DNA of 50,146 bases from Vicinamibacteria bacterium (lineage in GTDB: Bacteria > Acidobacteriota > Vicinamibacteria > Fen-336 > JAGNNV01), in assembly GCA_035432945.1 (NCBI GenBank), contig DAORUA010000001.1, positions 3,500 to 53,645 of the forward strand, written 5' to 3'. Made by a program: the position numbers and the translations under genes. The notes beneath the pieces are model-generated. The model worked only from the letters and a program-made list of their open reading frames with translations, was not told the DNA's origin and did no database searches. Below are positions 1-9,700 of this stretch, in pieces (within the stretch, counting starts at the first letter, position 1; each line of letters begins with the position of its first letter).

Positions 1-2027
1 ATCGTGGAATTCAGCACCAACGGGGGGGCGAGCTGGTCGAACGCCTCCGCGTTGGTGCTGTATTCCACGATGCCGCCGTCGTAGTTGATCGAGACGCCGC
101 TGTCGAAGCCGTAGGAGTGATTGAACTGGAGGAGCGCCCCCGAGGGGATCGTCGGGAGGTTGGCCGCGAGGGCGATGCGGGCATCCGCTACCGCGTCGCG
201 GTCGTAGCCCCAGAGGCTGTCGACTCCGGTGGTGGCGTACGCTGCGCCGCCCAGAACATTGTTCGGGTCGCTCGTCCTGGACCACCATCCCTTGGTGGGG
301 GGATTGGGCGAAGCCGGTTCCGAAATCGTCCAGTTGCCGAGGCCGCTCTCAAAACTGTCGAAGAAGAGGTTGGCCGGGGCCTGGCCCGCCGGGCACAGGG
401 CGGGGGGCGTGGCCTGGGTGGGAGAGCACGGCCACGTGTTGGCCATCTGCACCGCGTTCAGGGCCTTGGAGACCTCCGCGCAGTTGCCCGCGGTGATTCC
501 GGCGGTGCCGATCAGGTCGGTGCAGGCCTGCTGCAGCGCCACGTAGTTGTCGAGGAAATCGGAGGCGGAGGTCAGGTACTGGGTGAGCGCGCGGTACTGG
601 ATCTTCGCGGCCTTGGTGAGGCCGATGCCGGTCACGGTGATGCTGTTGTACCCGCCGCCGTCGACCATCAGGGCGTACGCGTGATTGGGGACGCCGCTGT
701 TGGTGTGGACGCCGCCCGCGTCCTCGCCTGCGGGGTCGATATCGCAACGGAACTGGCTGTCCGACATCTTCCCGGGGTCCCCCTTGAGGGTCGGCGTCAT
801 CATGTTCCGAACGCCGCCGGCGACGAGTTCCTCGCCAACGAGCCACCTCGATCCGCCGGGCTCCGAGTTTCCGTTCGACAGGTCGACGCTCTCCCCGAAG
901 ATGTCCGAGAACGACTCGTTCAAAGCGCCCGATTGCATGTAATAGAAGAGATTGGCGGTTCTCTCCGTCACCGCGTGGGTGAGCTCGTGGGCCACCACGT
1001 CGTCGGCCTGGGGGAAGCCGGCGCCGTAGACCATCTGGCTGCCGTTCCAGAACGCGTTGTCGTACGGGCACGCGCCCTCGCAGTAGTTGATGGTCGATAC
1101 GATCTGCCCGCCGGCGTTGTCGAAACTGTCCCGGCCGAAGTTCGTGAAGTAGAAGTCGTAGGTATCGCCCGCGTAGTCGTAGGCCTTGTCGGCGTCGGAA
1201 TTGCCGGTGAGGCCGCCTCCTTCCGAGCGCATCAGCGTCCCCGGAAGCGCGCTGGCGCCGTTCCCGTTGTAGACGGAGCGGTTCTTCGCGTCGGTGAGCT
1301 GGGAGAAGTCGAGGAGAACCATCCGGCTGCGCGCGTCGATCCAGATGAACTGGCGGAGCCTCGGTCCCGAAGCCTCCACGAACCAGGCGAGGCGGGTCGG
1401 GAAGTCGCGGCCGCCCAGGAGGGCCTGGTTGAGGATCTCGAGCCGCGGTTCACCGAAGCGGGCGTCTGGAGCATTGAACTTCCGGGTCACGAAGGAGCGG
1501 GCGGCGGAGAGCGCGTCGAGCGCGGTGACCGTGGGGTCGAGGCTGACCGAATCGAGGTCATCGAGGGTCTTCCCGTTCGCGGCCAGGACCCGGTCCCCCC
1601 GCAGGTGCACAACCAGTTCCCCGCCGGCGACCGGAATGCCCGAGCGGACCTGCCGCATGCGGACGTGATCCATGCCGAGCGCGTCCCGGTTCACCCGGCC
1701 GATCCTGACGTCGTCGCGTCCGCGCAAGCCGAAGGCCTCGCCGTAGGAGGCGACGAAGGACGCGGCCCGGTCCGCCGGGGCGGGTGCTAGACGGTCGGGG
1801 ACGGGAATCGAACGCCCCCGGGGGGCGGAGAGGAACGTGGCGAGCCCGGTCCGGGTCGACCGGGTGACCTGGATGTCCGCCCCCGTGGCCAGGGACATGG
1901 CCCGGATCGCGGCCTCGGACCTCGGCTCCTGCGCGCGGGCCTGCGCGCCCAGGGTGCACAGAAGTACTGCGCCCAGGGCCACGAGGGCGCGCGCCGATCC
2001 TCGACCGACGTTGTCCTTGCTGCTCAT
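1..2027 (-). CDS. Secreted M4 (thermolysin-like) zinc metalloprotease preproenzyme; 3' end runs off the left edge
   Basis: Absent from the ORF track because there is no stop inside the window. My minus-strand translation from ATG 2027..2025 stays open to position 1. It starts with the signal peptide MSSKDNVGRGSARALVALGAVLLCTLGAQA, followed by a propeptide. It then shows VVAHELTHAVTE (HELTH = 975..989), GALNESFSDIFGE and GGVHTNSGVPNHAY, the three thermolysin-family active-site blocks. An extra C-terminal domain (FFDSFESGLGNW...) follows the catalytic core. Confidence 0.9.
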   Translation of the reverse strand, partial: MSSKDNVGRGSARALVALGAVLLCTLGAQARAQEPRSEAAIRAMSLATGADIQVTRSTRTGLATFLSAPRGRSIPVPDRLAPAPADRAASFVASYGEAFGLRGRDDVRIGRVNRDALGMDHVRMRQVRSGIPVAGGELVVHLRGDRVLAANGKTLDDLDSVSLDPTVTALDALSAARSFVTRKFNAPDARFGEPRLEILNQALLGGRDFPTRLAWFVEASGPRLRQFIWIDARSRMVLLDFSQLTDAKNRSVYNGNGASALPGTLMRSEGGGLTGNSDADKAYDYAGDTYDFYFTNFGRDSFDNAGGQIVSTINYCEGACPYDNAFWNGSQMVYGAGFPQADDVVAHELTHAVTERTANLFYYMQSGALNESFSDIFGESVDLSNGNSEPGGSRWLVGEELVAGGVRNMMTPTLKGDPGKMSDSQFRCDIDPAGEDAGGVHTNSGVPNHAYALMVDGGGYNSITVTGIGLTKAAKIQYRALTQYLTSASDFLDNYVALQQACTDLIGTAGITAGNCAEVSKALNAVQMANTWPCSPTQATPPALCPAGQAPANLFFDSFESGLGNWTISEPASPNPPTKGWWSRTSDPNNVLGGAAYATTGVDSLWGYDRDAVADARIALAANLPTIPSGALLQFNHSYGFDSGVSINYDGGIVEYSTNAEAFDQLAPPLVLNST

Positions 2028-2103
2028 AACCCGCCATTTTGGCTCCCCCTCATCGCGGGGCACAAACGGAACGAAGCGGCGGGTCAGTCGAATGTGAGCC
2101 GGC

Positions 2104-3558
2104 TCACCAGATATTCGCCGACCCGACCACCTTCCAGACCGGGTCGGTCGCGGTGAAGGGCAGGAACGAGCCGGCCCCGTTCTTCGTGGTCCCGTTCATG
2201 AACCAGACCGAGAAGATGCCGGTGGGCGTGGGGTTGTGCCAGAGGAGATCCGGGAGACCATCGTTGTTGAAGTCGGTCCTGGTCGAGACCAGCGTGTACG
2301 CGGGATTCGTGACCTGGGCGTCGGGGTAGTTGATCGTGCCCGTCACCGCGACCCCCGCGACATTCCAGGCCTGGATCTGGCCGGTGGCGGAGTTGTACAG
2401 GACGAGTTCGTCGTCGCCGTCGTTGTTGGCGTCCGCGGCGGCCACCACGCGCACCGTCCCCGCCCCGGGGAGCAGGGTGGTGATGTCGTACTGGCCGAGC
2501 AGGGTCGCGTTGTCGTGCTGCATCACCCGCACCACCCCGGTGGCCGAGTTGTAGAAGGCGATGTCCTGGGTGCCGTTGCCGTCGGCGTCGAAGGCGGTGG
2601 CGACCCTCCACGGCGGGCCCAGGGTGTAGGGCAGGAACTGGAAGCCCTTGAGATTGTCGCCGTCGATGTACCAGAAGAGCAGCCGGCCGTCGTTCACGTT
2701 GTGCCAGAGGTAGTCGAGCTGGCCGTCCTGATCGAAGTCGGCCACCGCGCCCACCGTCCAGCCGGGGTCGGTGGCCCACGGGGTGACCCAGTTGAAGGTG
2801 TCGAGAGTGTTGCCGCCGGTCATGTGCCACCGGTACAGGCGGTTGGTGACGAAGTTGTGGAACATGAGACGGGACCTTCCGGTGGTGCCGTCGGTGTTGG
2901 TGATGGTGCCCTGGGCCGCTCCGTCGCCGATGGACGCGGTTCCAGTGGGATTCGAGAGATTGACGAAGAAGGTCTCGTACGGCTCCTGGGCGGCGTCGCC
3001 TACGATCTGCACGGTGACCGTCTTGGTCTGCTCGCCCGTGTTGAAGGTGACCGTGCCGTTCGTGGCGGTGTAGTCGCCGGGGGCGGTGGCGCTGCCGTCG
3101 GCGGTCGCGTAGTCGACGGTCACGGCCGCGGGAGCGGGCGCGCTCAGGGTGACCTTGAAGTCGATGGGCGTGAACCCGGCGTTGCCTTCGCCCGAGGTCT
3201 TGTCGGCGATGGAGACGCGGAGACCGTCGTCGGCCTGGATGGTGCCGGTGCCCTGGCTGTCGAAGATCGTGGCCTCGGTGGCGTTCGCGAGATTCAGGAA
3301 CACGGTTTCGTCGGGCTCGATCGCGGCGTCGGGGGAGATGGGCACGGAGACCGTCTTCGAGGCGGCGCCGGGGACGAAGGTGAGGGTTCCGTTCGTGGCG
3401 GTGTAGTCGGTTCCCGCGGTGGCCGTTCCGTTCGCGGTCGCGTAGTCCACGGTGATGGTGTAGATGGAGGTGGCGGAGAGGACCACCGTGAAGTTCAGGC
3501 TCGGCGGCGCGCCTCCCGTGCCCTCGACCACGAGGGCGTTGGTGACGCTGATCGAGGA
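2104..3558 (-). repeat. Copy A of a 1455-nt dispersed direct repeat (2 Calx-beta repeats plus the FG-GAP tail coding block)
   Basis: It aligns gap-free with 5312..6766 at a constant offset of 3208 nt. A 48-nt stretch, 2821..2868, is identical to 6029..6076. Confidence 0.9.
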
Positions 3559-5217
3559 GTCGTCGTTGTTGATGACGCCCACGCCCTGCGCGTCGCCGAG
3601 GATCGCGTTGGTGGGAGCGGAGAGGTTCACGTAGTAGGTCTCGTTGGCCTCGAGGGCGAGGTCGCTGATGACCGGCACCGTGAACGTCCGGGTGGTGACT
3701 CCGGGGGCGAAGGTCAGGGTCGTGGGCCCGGTGGCGGTGTAGTCCGAGCCCGCGGTGGCGGTGTTGTTGGCGGTGGCCGCGGAGACGGTGACGGTGAGGG
3801 CGCTCGGGGCGTTCAGGCTGACCGTGAAGTTGGCGTTGATGACGCCCGAGTTGCCTTCGGTCAACACCACGTCGTTGACCGAGACCGTGGTCACCGCGTC
3901 GCTGATCGTCACCTGGAGCTGATAACCCTGCGCGTTGTTGACCGCGCCCGCGAAGGCGCGGATGAAGAAGGTGCCCGCGCCGGGCAGGATGGTGGCGGGA
4001 ATGTTCTCGGCCACCCCCGCGCCCCCCGCGTTGGCGAAGGCGAGGATGGTGCTTCCGTCCGTGCCCCTCAGTTCGACCGCGAGATCGTTCACCGCGAGCG
4101 CGTTGAAGCTCACACCCGCGCTGCACGAGCCGTCGCCGTTCTGGGGTCCGGCGAGGTAGGTCGAGCCCACGGGGGTGACCGCGACCGCGGCCTTTTTTCC
4201 CGCGGGCACCGTGAACTTGTAGAAGTCGACATCGGCGTCATCGTCGGCGGAAAGATCACTGATGGTGGTCGTCCCATTGCCGAGCGCGCCGAGGTTCGAG
4301 GCGGTGCCGGAGGTTTCGTTGTTCTCCTTGTCGTCGCCGTATCCGCGCCAGCCCGCGAGCTTGTCGTCGAGCTGCGCGTGGGTGAACGCAGTGGCCAGAA
4401 CGGGTTCCATGAGCTTGGTGTTGTTCATGGGGCACGAGTGCTGGAACCCGAGGCCGTGGCCGTGCTCGTGGGCGATGATGTTGCGCAGGCCGAGCGACCC
4501 ATTGGCGAGGCCGCCGCCCGGATTGGAGTAGTAGCTGTCGCCGGTGTCGATCACCATGTCGCCGACTTCGGGATAGTAGTTGTAGGCGAGGACGTTGAAG
4601 TTGCCGTCGATGAAGTGACCGCCGATGCGCACGTCGGCGCGCGTGTTCAGAACGCCGGGATTGAATGGAAAGGCGCCGCCGTTCGCGAGCAGGGCGCTGT
4701 CGTCGTAGTTCACCTTGACGTAGGTAACGCCGGTGATCGCGCCCCAGGTGTCGAACACGGTCTGGAAGTGCGCGGTCCAGGCCGCCTCGCTGCCATAGAT
4801 GCCGGTGAGGAAAGCCCGGAGGTTGCTGGGGGCGTTCGTCTCCGACGCGTGGCCCGCGGTCGCATTCATGGGAGTGCCGTCGGGCACGATGTTCCAGGTC
4901 AGGGTCGTGACCTGTCCCTGGACGAGGCCGCCGCCGTCCGTCGCGGTGGCGTCCCAGCGGAAGGAGTCGGGGAACTGGAAGGAGGGGCCCTGCAGGCTGG
5001 AGAAGAGATTCTGTTCCCGCGCGTATTGCTCGAGGACCTCCCGCCTGGTTCCGGGGGCGAAGCAGGCCACCGGCGGGATGGCGCGGCGAATGCCGGCCTG
5101 GCCGGGAGAAGGCGCGCTGGAAGGCGCGGGCGAGAGGTTCCCGCGCCGGGTCGCGGACGCCGCCGTGATCGCCGCGATGGCCAACGAAAGCCAGACCGAA
5201 CTGCGGATGCGCTTCAT
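2104..5217 (-). CDS. Secreted metzincin-type zinc protease fused to a PPC-like module, 3 Calx-beta repeats and a C-terminal FG-GAP/VCBS propeller
   Basis: ORF track, 1037 aa. Signal peptide MKRIRSSVWLSLAIAAITAASA, with GGAGGA 5 nt upstream of ATG 5217. The zinc site HEHGHGLGFQH lies at 4438..4470, followed by DVDFYKFTVPAG (pre-peptidase C-terminal-like). Three Calx-beta repeats follow (..DYxxxxGTxTFxPG..EPxETF..). The FG-GAP-type repeats are DFDQDGQLDYLWHN, DADGNGTQDIAFYN, DANNDGDDELVLYN and DFNNDGLPDLLWHN. Confidence 0.9.
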   Translation of the reverse strand: MKRIRSSVWLSLAIAAITAASATRRGNLSPAPSSAPSPGQAGIRRAIPPVACFAPGTRREVLEQYAREQNLFSSLQGPSFQFPDSFRWDATATDGGGLVQGQVTTLTWNIVPDGTPMNATAGHASETNAPSNLRAFLTGIYGSEAAWTAHFQTVFDTWGAITGVTYVKVNYDDSALLANGGAFPFNPGVLNTRADVRIGGHFIDGNFNVLAYNYYPEVGDMVIDTGDSYYSNPGGGLANGSLGLRNIIAHEHGHGLGFQHSCPMNNTKLMEPVLATAFTHAQLDDKLAGWRGYGDDKENNETSGTASNLGALGNGTTTISDLSADDDADVDFYKFTVPAGKKAAVAVTPVGSTYLAGPQNGDGSCSAGVSFNALAVNDLAVELRGTDGSTILAFANAGGAGVAENIPATILPGAGTFFIRAFAGAVNNAQGYQLQVTISDAVTTVSVNDVVLTEGNSGVINANFTVSLNAPSALTVTVSAATANNTATAGSDYTATGPTTLTFAPGVTTRTFTVPVISDLALEANETYYVNLSAPTNAILGDAQGVGVINNDDSSISVTNALVVEGTGGAPPSLNFTVVLSATSIYTITVDYATANGTATAGTDYTATNGTLTFVPGAASKTVSVPISPDAAIEPDETVFLNLANATEATIFDSQGTGTIQADDGLRVSIADKTSGEGNAGFTPIDFKVTLSAPAPAAVTVDYATADGSATAPGDYTATNGTVTFNTGEQTKTVTVQIVGDAAQEPYETFFVNLSNPTGTASIGDGAAQGTITNTDGTTGRSRLMFHNFVTNRLYRWHMTGGNTLDTFNWVTPWATDPGWTVGAVADFDQDGQLDYLWHNVNDGRLLFWYIDGDNLKGFQFLPYTLGPPWRVATAFDADGNGTQDIAFYNSATGVVRVMQHDNATLLGQYDITTLLPGAGTVRVVAAADANNDGDDELVLYNSATGQIQAWNVAGVAVTGTINYPDAQVTNPAYTLVSTRTDFNNDGLPDLLWHNPTPTGIFSVWFMNGTTKNGAGSFLPFTATDPVWKVVGSANIW
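2890..3885 (-). repeat. Three tandem Calx-beta coding repeats (about 330 nt each)
   Basis: These correspond to aa 445..776 of the 1037-aa protein. Each repeat has the (V/I)S(V/I)...EG...F.V.LS....V.V.YAT..GTA....DY....GT(L/V)TF..G....T..V....D...EP.ETF pattern. Confidence 0.8.
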
Positions 5218-5311
5218 CGCTTCCTCCAGGGGACACTGCAGCGCGACCCCGACGCGGTGTCGCGACTTTTCGAAATGGTATCAGGAGCCCGGCCGGGGCG
5301 GCGGGCCTCGG

Positions 5312-6766
5312 CTACCAGACGTTGGCGGACCCGACGACCCTCCACACCGGATCGGTGGCGGTGAAGGGCTGGAAGACACCGGTGCCGAGCCTCGTGGTCC
5401 CGTTCATGAACCACACCGAGAAGATGCCGGTGGGGGTGGGGTTGTGCCAGAGGAAGTCGGCGAGGCCGTCGTTGTTGAAGTCCGTCTTCGTGGAGACGAG
5501 GGTGAACGAGGGCGACGTGGCTTGTGTGTTGGCGTACGTGGTCGTGCTCGTGACATTCGCGCCGGTCACGTCCCAGGCCTGAACGTGTCCGGTGGCGGAG
5601 TTGTAGAGGGCGAGTTCATCGTCGCCGTCGTTGTTCGCATCGACGGCGGCAACCACGCGGACAGTGCCCGTGCCGGGCAGAAGCGTGGTGAGGTCGTACT
5701 GACCGAGCAGAGTCGCATTGTCGTGCCGCATCACGCGCACCACCCCGGTGGCGGAGTTGTAGAAGACGAGGTCGGGCGTGCCGTTGCCGTCGGCATCGAA
5801 GGTGGTGGCCACGGTCCAGGGCGGACCCATCTGGTAGGGCAGGAACTGATAGCCCTTGAGGTTGTCGCCGTCGATGTACCAGAAGAGCATGCGGCCATCG
5901 TTCAGGTTGTGCCAGAGGTAATCGAGCTGGCCGTCCTGGTCGAAATCGGCCACCGCGCCCACGGTCCAGCCGGGGTCGGTGGCCCACGGGGTCACCCAGT
6001 TGAAGGTGTCGAGAGTGTTGCCGTTCTTCATGTGCCACCGGTACAGGCGGTTGGTGACGAAGTTGTGGAACATGAGGCGGGAGCGATCGGTGGCGCCGTC
6101 GGTGTTCGTGATGGTGCCCTGGCCGCGGCCGTCTCCGATGTTGGCCCCGCCGGTGGGGTTGGAGAGATCCACGAAGAACGTCTCGTAGGGCTCCTTCTCC
6201 GTGTCGCCGACGACCTGAATCGTGACGGTCTTGGTCTGCTCGCCCGTATTGAAGGTGACCGTGCCGTTGGCGGCGGTGTAGTCGAGGGGGGCGGTGGCGG
6301 TGCCGTCGGCGGTCGCATAATCGACGGTGACCGTGCCCGGGGCGGGAGCGGACAGGCTGACCGTGAAGGTCACGGGAGTGAATCCGGTGTCACCTTCGGG
6401 AGTGGTCTTGTCGCCTATGGATACCAGCAGCCCATCGTCGGCGAGGATCGTGCCGACACCCTGGCCGTCGAAGATCGTGGCTCCCACCGCGTTCGAGAGA
6501 TTCAGCAGGACGGTCTCGTTCGGCTCCACAACGGCGTCCGGAATGATCGGGACCTGCACGACGAGAGAGGCCACGCCAGGCGGGAAGGAAAGAGTTCCCG
6601 AGACCGGCGTGTAGTCCGACCCCGCGGTTGCCGTGCCACTGGCCGTGGCATAGTCGACCGTCACCGTGGAGGTCGAGGTCGCCGAGAGAATGACGGTGAA
6701 GGCGAGCTTGTTGGGTGTGCCAGTGGTGCCCTCGGCGATCGCGAAATCGGTAACGGAGATGGTGGA
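5312..6766 (-). repeat. Copy B of the 1455-nt dispersed direct repeat
   Basis: See copy A. By hand count, the last 257 aa show 43 differences, about 83% identity. Confidence 0.9.
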
Positions 6767-9700
6767 GAGGTCGTCGTTGAGAATGGTGCCGGTGGCGGTG
6801 CCCTGCCCGGGGGCGATCGTTGCGCCGGTGGGTGAGGAGAGGGTGACCGTGAACGTTTCGTTCGGTTCGGCGATCGCGTCGCCGATGATCTGGACGAGCA
6901 CGAACTTCTCGAAATCTCCGATCCCGAAGCTGAGCTGACCGGAGGTGCTGGTGAAATCCGCGCCCGGCGTGGCCGTGCCCGCGGCGGTCGCGTAGTTCAC
7001 GGTGACGGGCGCGGTGGCAGGCCGGGAGAGGCGGACGGGGAAGGCCAGCGTGCTGCCCGCGAGGTAGCCCTCGGGCCCACGAGCACTGGAGATTCCGATC
7101 GAGGTGGGATCGAGACTGTCGTCGTCGATGATGGCGCCGAGAGCCTCGATGTCACCTGGTCCGGCGCCCGAGAGCGCGGACAGCGTGACCTTGAAGTACT
7201 CCGTCGGTTCGACTGACGTGTCCCCGATGACGTCGACGTTGATAGTCTTCGATACCTCGCCGGGAGCGAACGTGATCGTGCCGCTCACGGGCGTGTAGTC
7301 GACGTTTGACGTGGCGTTGACGTCGCTGGTCGCGAACAAGGCCGTGACCGTATCGGTGGAGGGGCCGGACAGCGTCACCGCGAACGACGCGGTCGCTATG
7401 CTCGAGGAGCCTTCGAGCACGGACGTGTTCGCGATCGCCATCGATGGAAACGTGGGGATCAGTCGAAGTTGCTGGGGTGCGGCAGCATGGCGGCTGTCGC
7501 CGGCCTGTGACACCCGTATTCCGCAAAGGCCGGATGCACCCGCGAGTACCCGCACACGATTTCCTGCGACTACGCAGGTTGAAGGGGTCCAAGTGTCGAA
7601 TTCGGGAGGCAGACCGCTGCTTGCAGACGCGCGCAGAATCGTGGTGATTCCCTCGGCCAGTTGAGTTGGTGCTTCGAACTGGATCGATTGGCCGAAGTGA
7701 ATGACGACGGGTGCGCGGCGAGACGAAGAGGTTTCATCCCCCAGCTCGCCGTAGCCGTTGTAGCCCCAGCACTGGAGACCACCGCCCACGGTAATTGCGC
7801 AGGTGTGATAGCCGCCCGTCGATACGAGGGCTGCATTGCTCGTGAGACCGACGACATCCGTCGGTGTCAGTTGCTGAGTTCCCGTGCCGTCCCCGATCTG
7901 ACCATCAGCATTCCAGCCCCAGCACTTGAGTCGGCCGGTGTTGGTAACCGCGCAGGTGTGGAACTTGCCGGCCGCGATGCTCGTCACGCCGCTTGCGAGG
8001 CCTACCACGTCCGTTGGGGTGAGCCGCGTTGTCGTGGTCCCGTCTCCGATCTGACCGCCCGCGTTCAAGCCCCAGCATTTCACGCCGCCCGCGGTGGTCA
8101 GCGCGCAGGTGTGCTGCGCGCCCGCAACGATCGCCTTGACGCCGCTCGTGAGCCCGGCCGCGTCCCCCGGAATCACGCGTTGCGTCGTCGTCCCGTCACC
8201 CAGTTTTCCGTTCAGATTGCTGCCCCAGCACTTTGCCCCGCCGGCCGTGGTCAGGGCGCAGGTGTGAAAGTCGCCCGCGGTGACGGCCGCGGCGACGGAA
8301 AGACCATACACCAGGCCCGGAGTCGACTCGAGTGTCGTGACAAAGCCGTTTCCCAACTGACCGTTTTGGTTGTTGCCCCAGCATCTCAAACCCCCGCTCT
8401 TTGTGATTGCGCAAGTGTGATAGAGCCCCGCCGAGATCTGGGAGGCATCGCTCATCTGAACAACCGCTACCGGCACGGTTCGGGACGTTACGGAATTGTC
8501 ACCGAGCGCGGCCAGTCCGTTGTACCCCCAGCACTTTGGGGGGCCGGTCGCGGTGACCGCGCACGTGTGATAGCCCCCGGCCGAAACCTGAACGACGCCG
8601 CTCGAAAGGCCAACGACCTCCATTGGAACCCCACGACTGGTCTGCGTGCCATCTCCGAGCTCTCCGTCAAGATTGTTGCCCCAGCACTGGACCGTACCGC
8701 CGCGGGTCGCGGCGCAGGTGTGATAGAGCCCGGTCGAGACCAGGGACACGCCACTTGCGAGTCCAGCCACGTCCGAGGGAGTGGGGCGCGACGTCGTGGT
8801 ACCGTTGCCGAGCTGGCCATCCAGGTTGCGTCCCCAGCACTTGAGTCCGCCGTCAACGGCCAGGGCACAGGTATGCGACACTCCCGCGAAGACCTCCGAC
8901 ACCGGGGTGCCCAGACCCCGAACGGTTGTTGCCGAATGCCGCTCAACCTGGGTTCCGTCGCCCAATTCACCGTCCACGTTCCGGCCCCAGCATTTGATGC
9001 CGCCCCAGTCGGTAACAGCGCACGAATGACCTTCTCCCGATGCGAGGCGCGCCGCTCCGGTGACACCGATGACATCGACAGGGCTTAGCCGAGTGAGTGT
9101 AGTCTCGTCGCCGAGTTGTCCCCAGAGGTTATTTCCCCAGCACTTGACCCTCCCGGACGCAACGATTGCGCAAGTGTGCAACGATCCTGCCTGCACTGCA
9201 GTGACTCCGGTCAGGCCGCTGACTTGGATCGGTCCGGAACGAACGCCGGTCGTACCATCGCCCACCTGCCCATAGACGTTCCAACCCCAGCACCTCACGG
9301 TTCCTTCCAACATCAAGGCGCAGGTGTGAGTACCGCCGGCGGTTATCGCGATCACTCCGGCCTCGAGACCGGGAACCTGCAGCGGCGTCATCCCTGACCC
9401 CGTCATGCCGTCGACCTGACCATAGGTATTGTCGCCCCAGCATTTGACCGCCCCCTGGGCGGTCAGGGCGCAAGAGTGAGAAGAGCCCGTGGCAATCGCC
9501 GATACGCCGCTCGCGAGTCCTTCGACCATCACTGGAATTGACTCCCACGCGCTGGTGATGCCGTTCCCGAGTTGCCCATAGACGTTTTCTCCCCAGCATT
9601 TCACGCCTCCAGAGGAAGACAATGCACAGCTATGGAATCTTCGCGCCGCAAGTGCGACCACGTCAGTCGACAATCCAGGAAAGTCGAGCGGCGTCAAAGC

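Noticed and set aside
117-1790. A 557-aa plus-strand ORF, plus several minus-strand Arg-rich ORFs (349..1071, 1558..2037), covering the left end
   Set aside because: Their products are low-complexity and Arg/Gly/Val-rich. A third minus-strand frame reads straight through as a textbook M4 protease with HELTH, so these are alternate-frame and antisense artefacts of high GC.
2094-2107. A perfect 14-nt palindrome, GTGAGCCGGCTCAC, overlapping the stop codon of the metzincin gene, considered as a terminator
   Set aside because: At best it forms a 5-bp stem with a 4-nt loop, and no U-tract follows. The next gene starts 76 nt downstream on the same strand. The support is too weak to call a terminator.
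2104-6766. The repeat pair considered as the template and variable repeats of a diversity-generating retroelement
   Set aside because: No reverse transcriptase or accessory gene is present in the window. At 1.45 kb the repeats are far longer than typical VR/TR pairs. The mismatches are of all types (for example c/g, a/g, t/c) rather than confined to adenines of one copy.
2236-6835. Very long plus-strand ORFs (2236..5364, 1042 aa; 4799..6835, 678 aa) and minus-strand alternate-frame ORFs (2084..4126, 4256..5236) over the two secreted-protein genes
   Set aside because: Their composition is dominated by G, R, V, D and E with no recognisable motifs. They lie exactly antisense to, or out of frame with, ORFs that have clear signal peptides and domain repeats. 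This is the expected stop-codon-poor antisense frame in GC-rich DNA.
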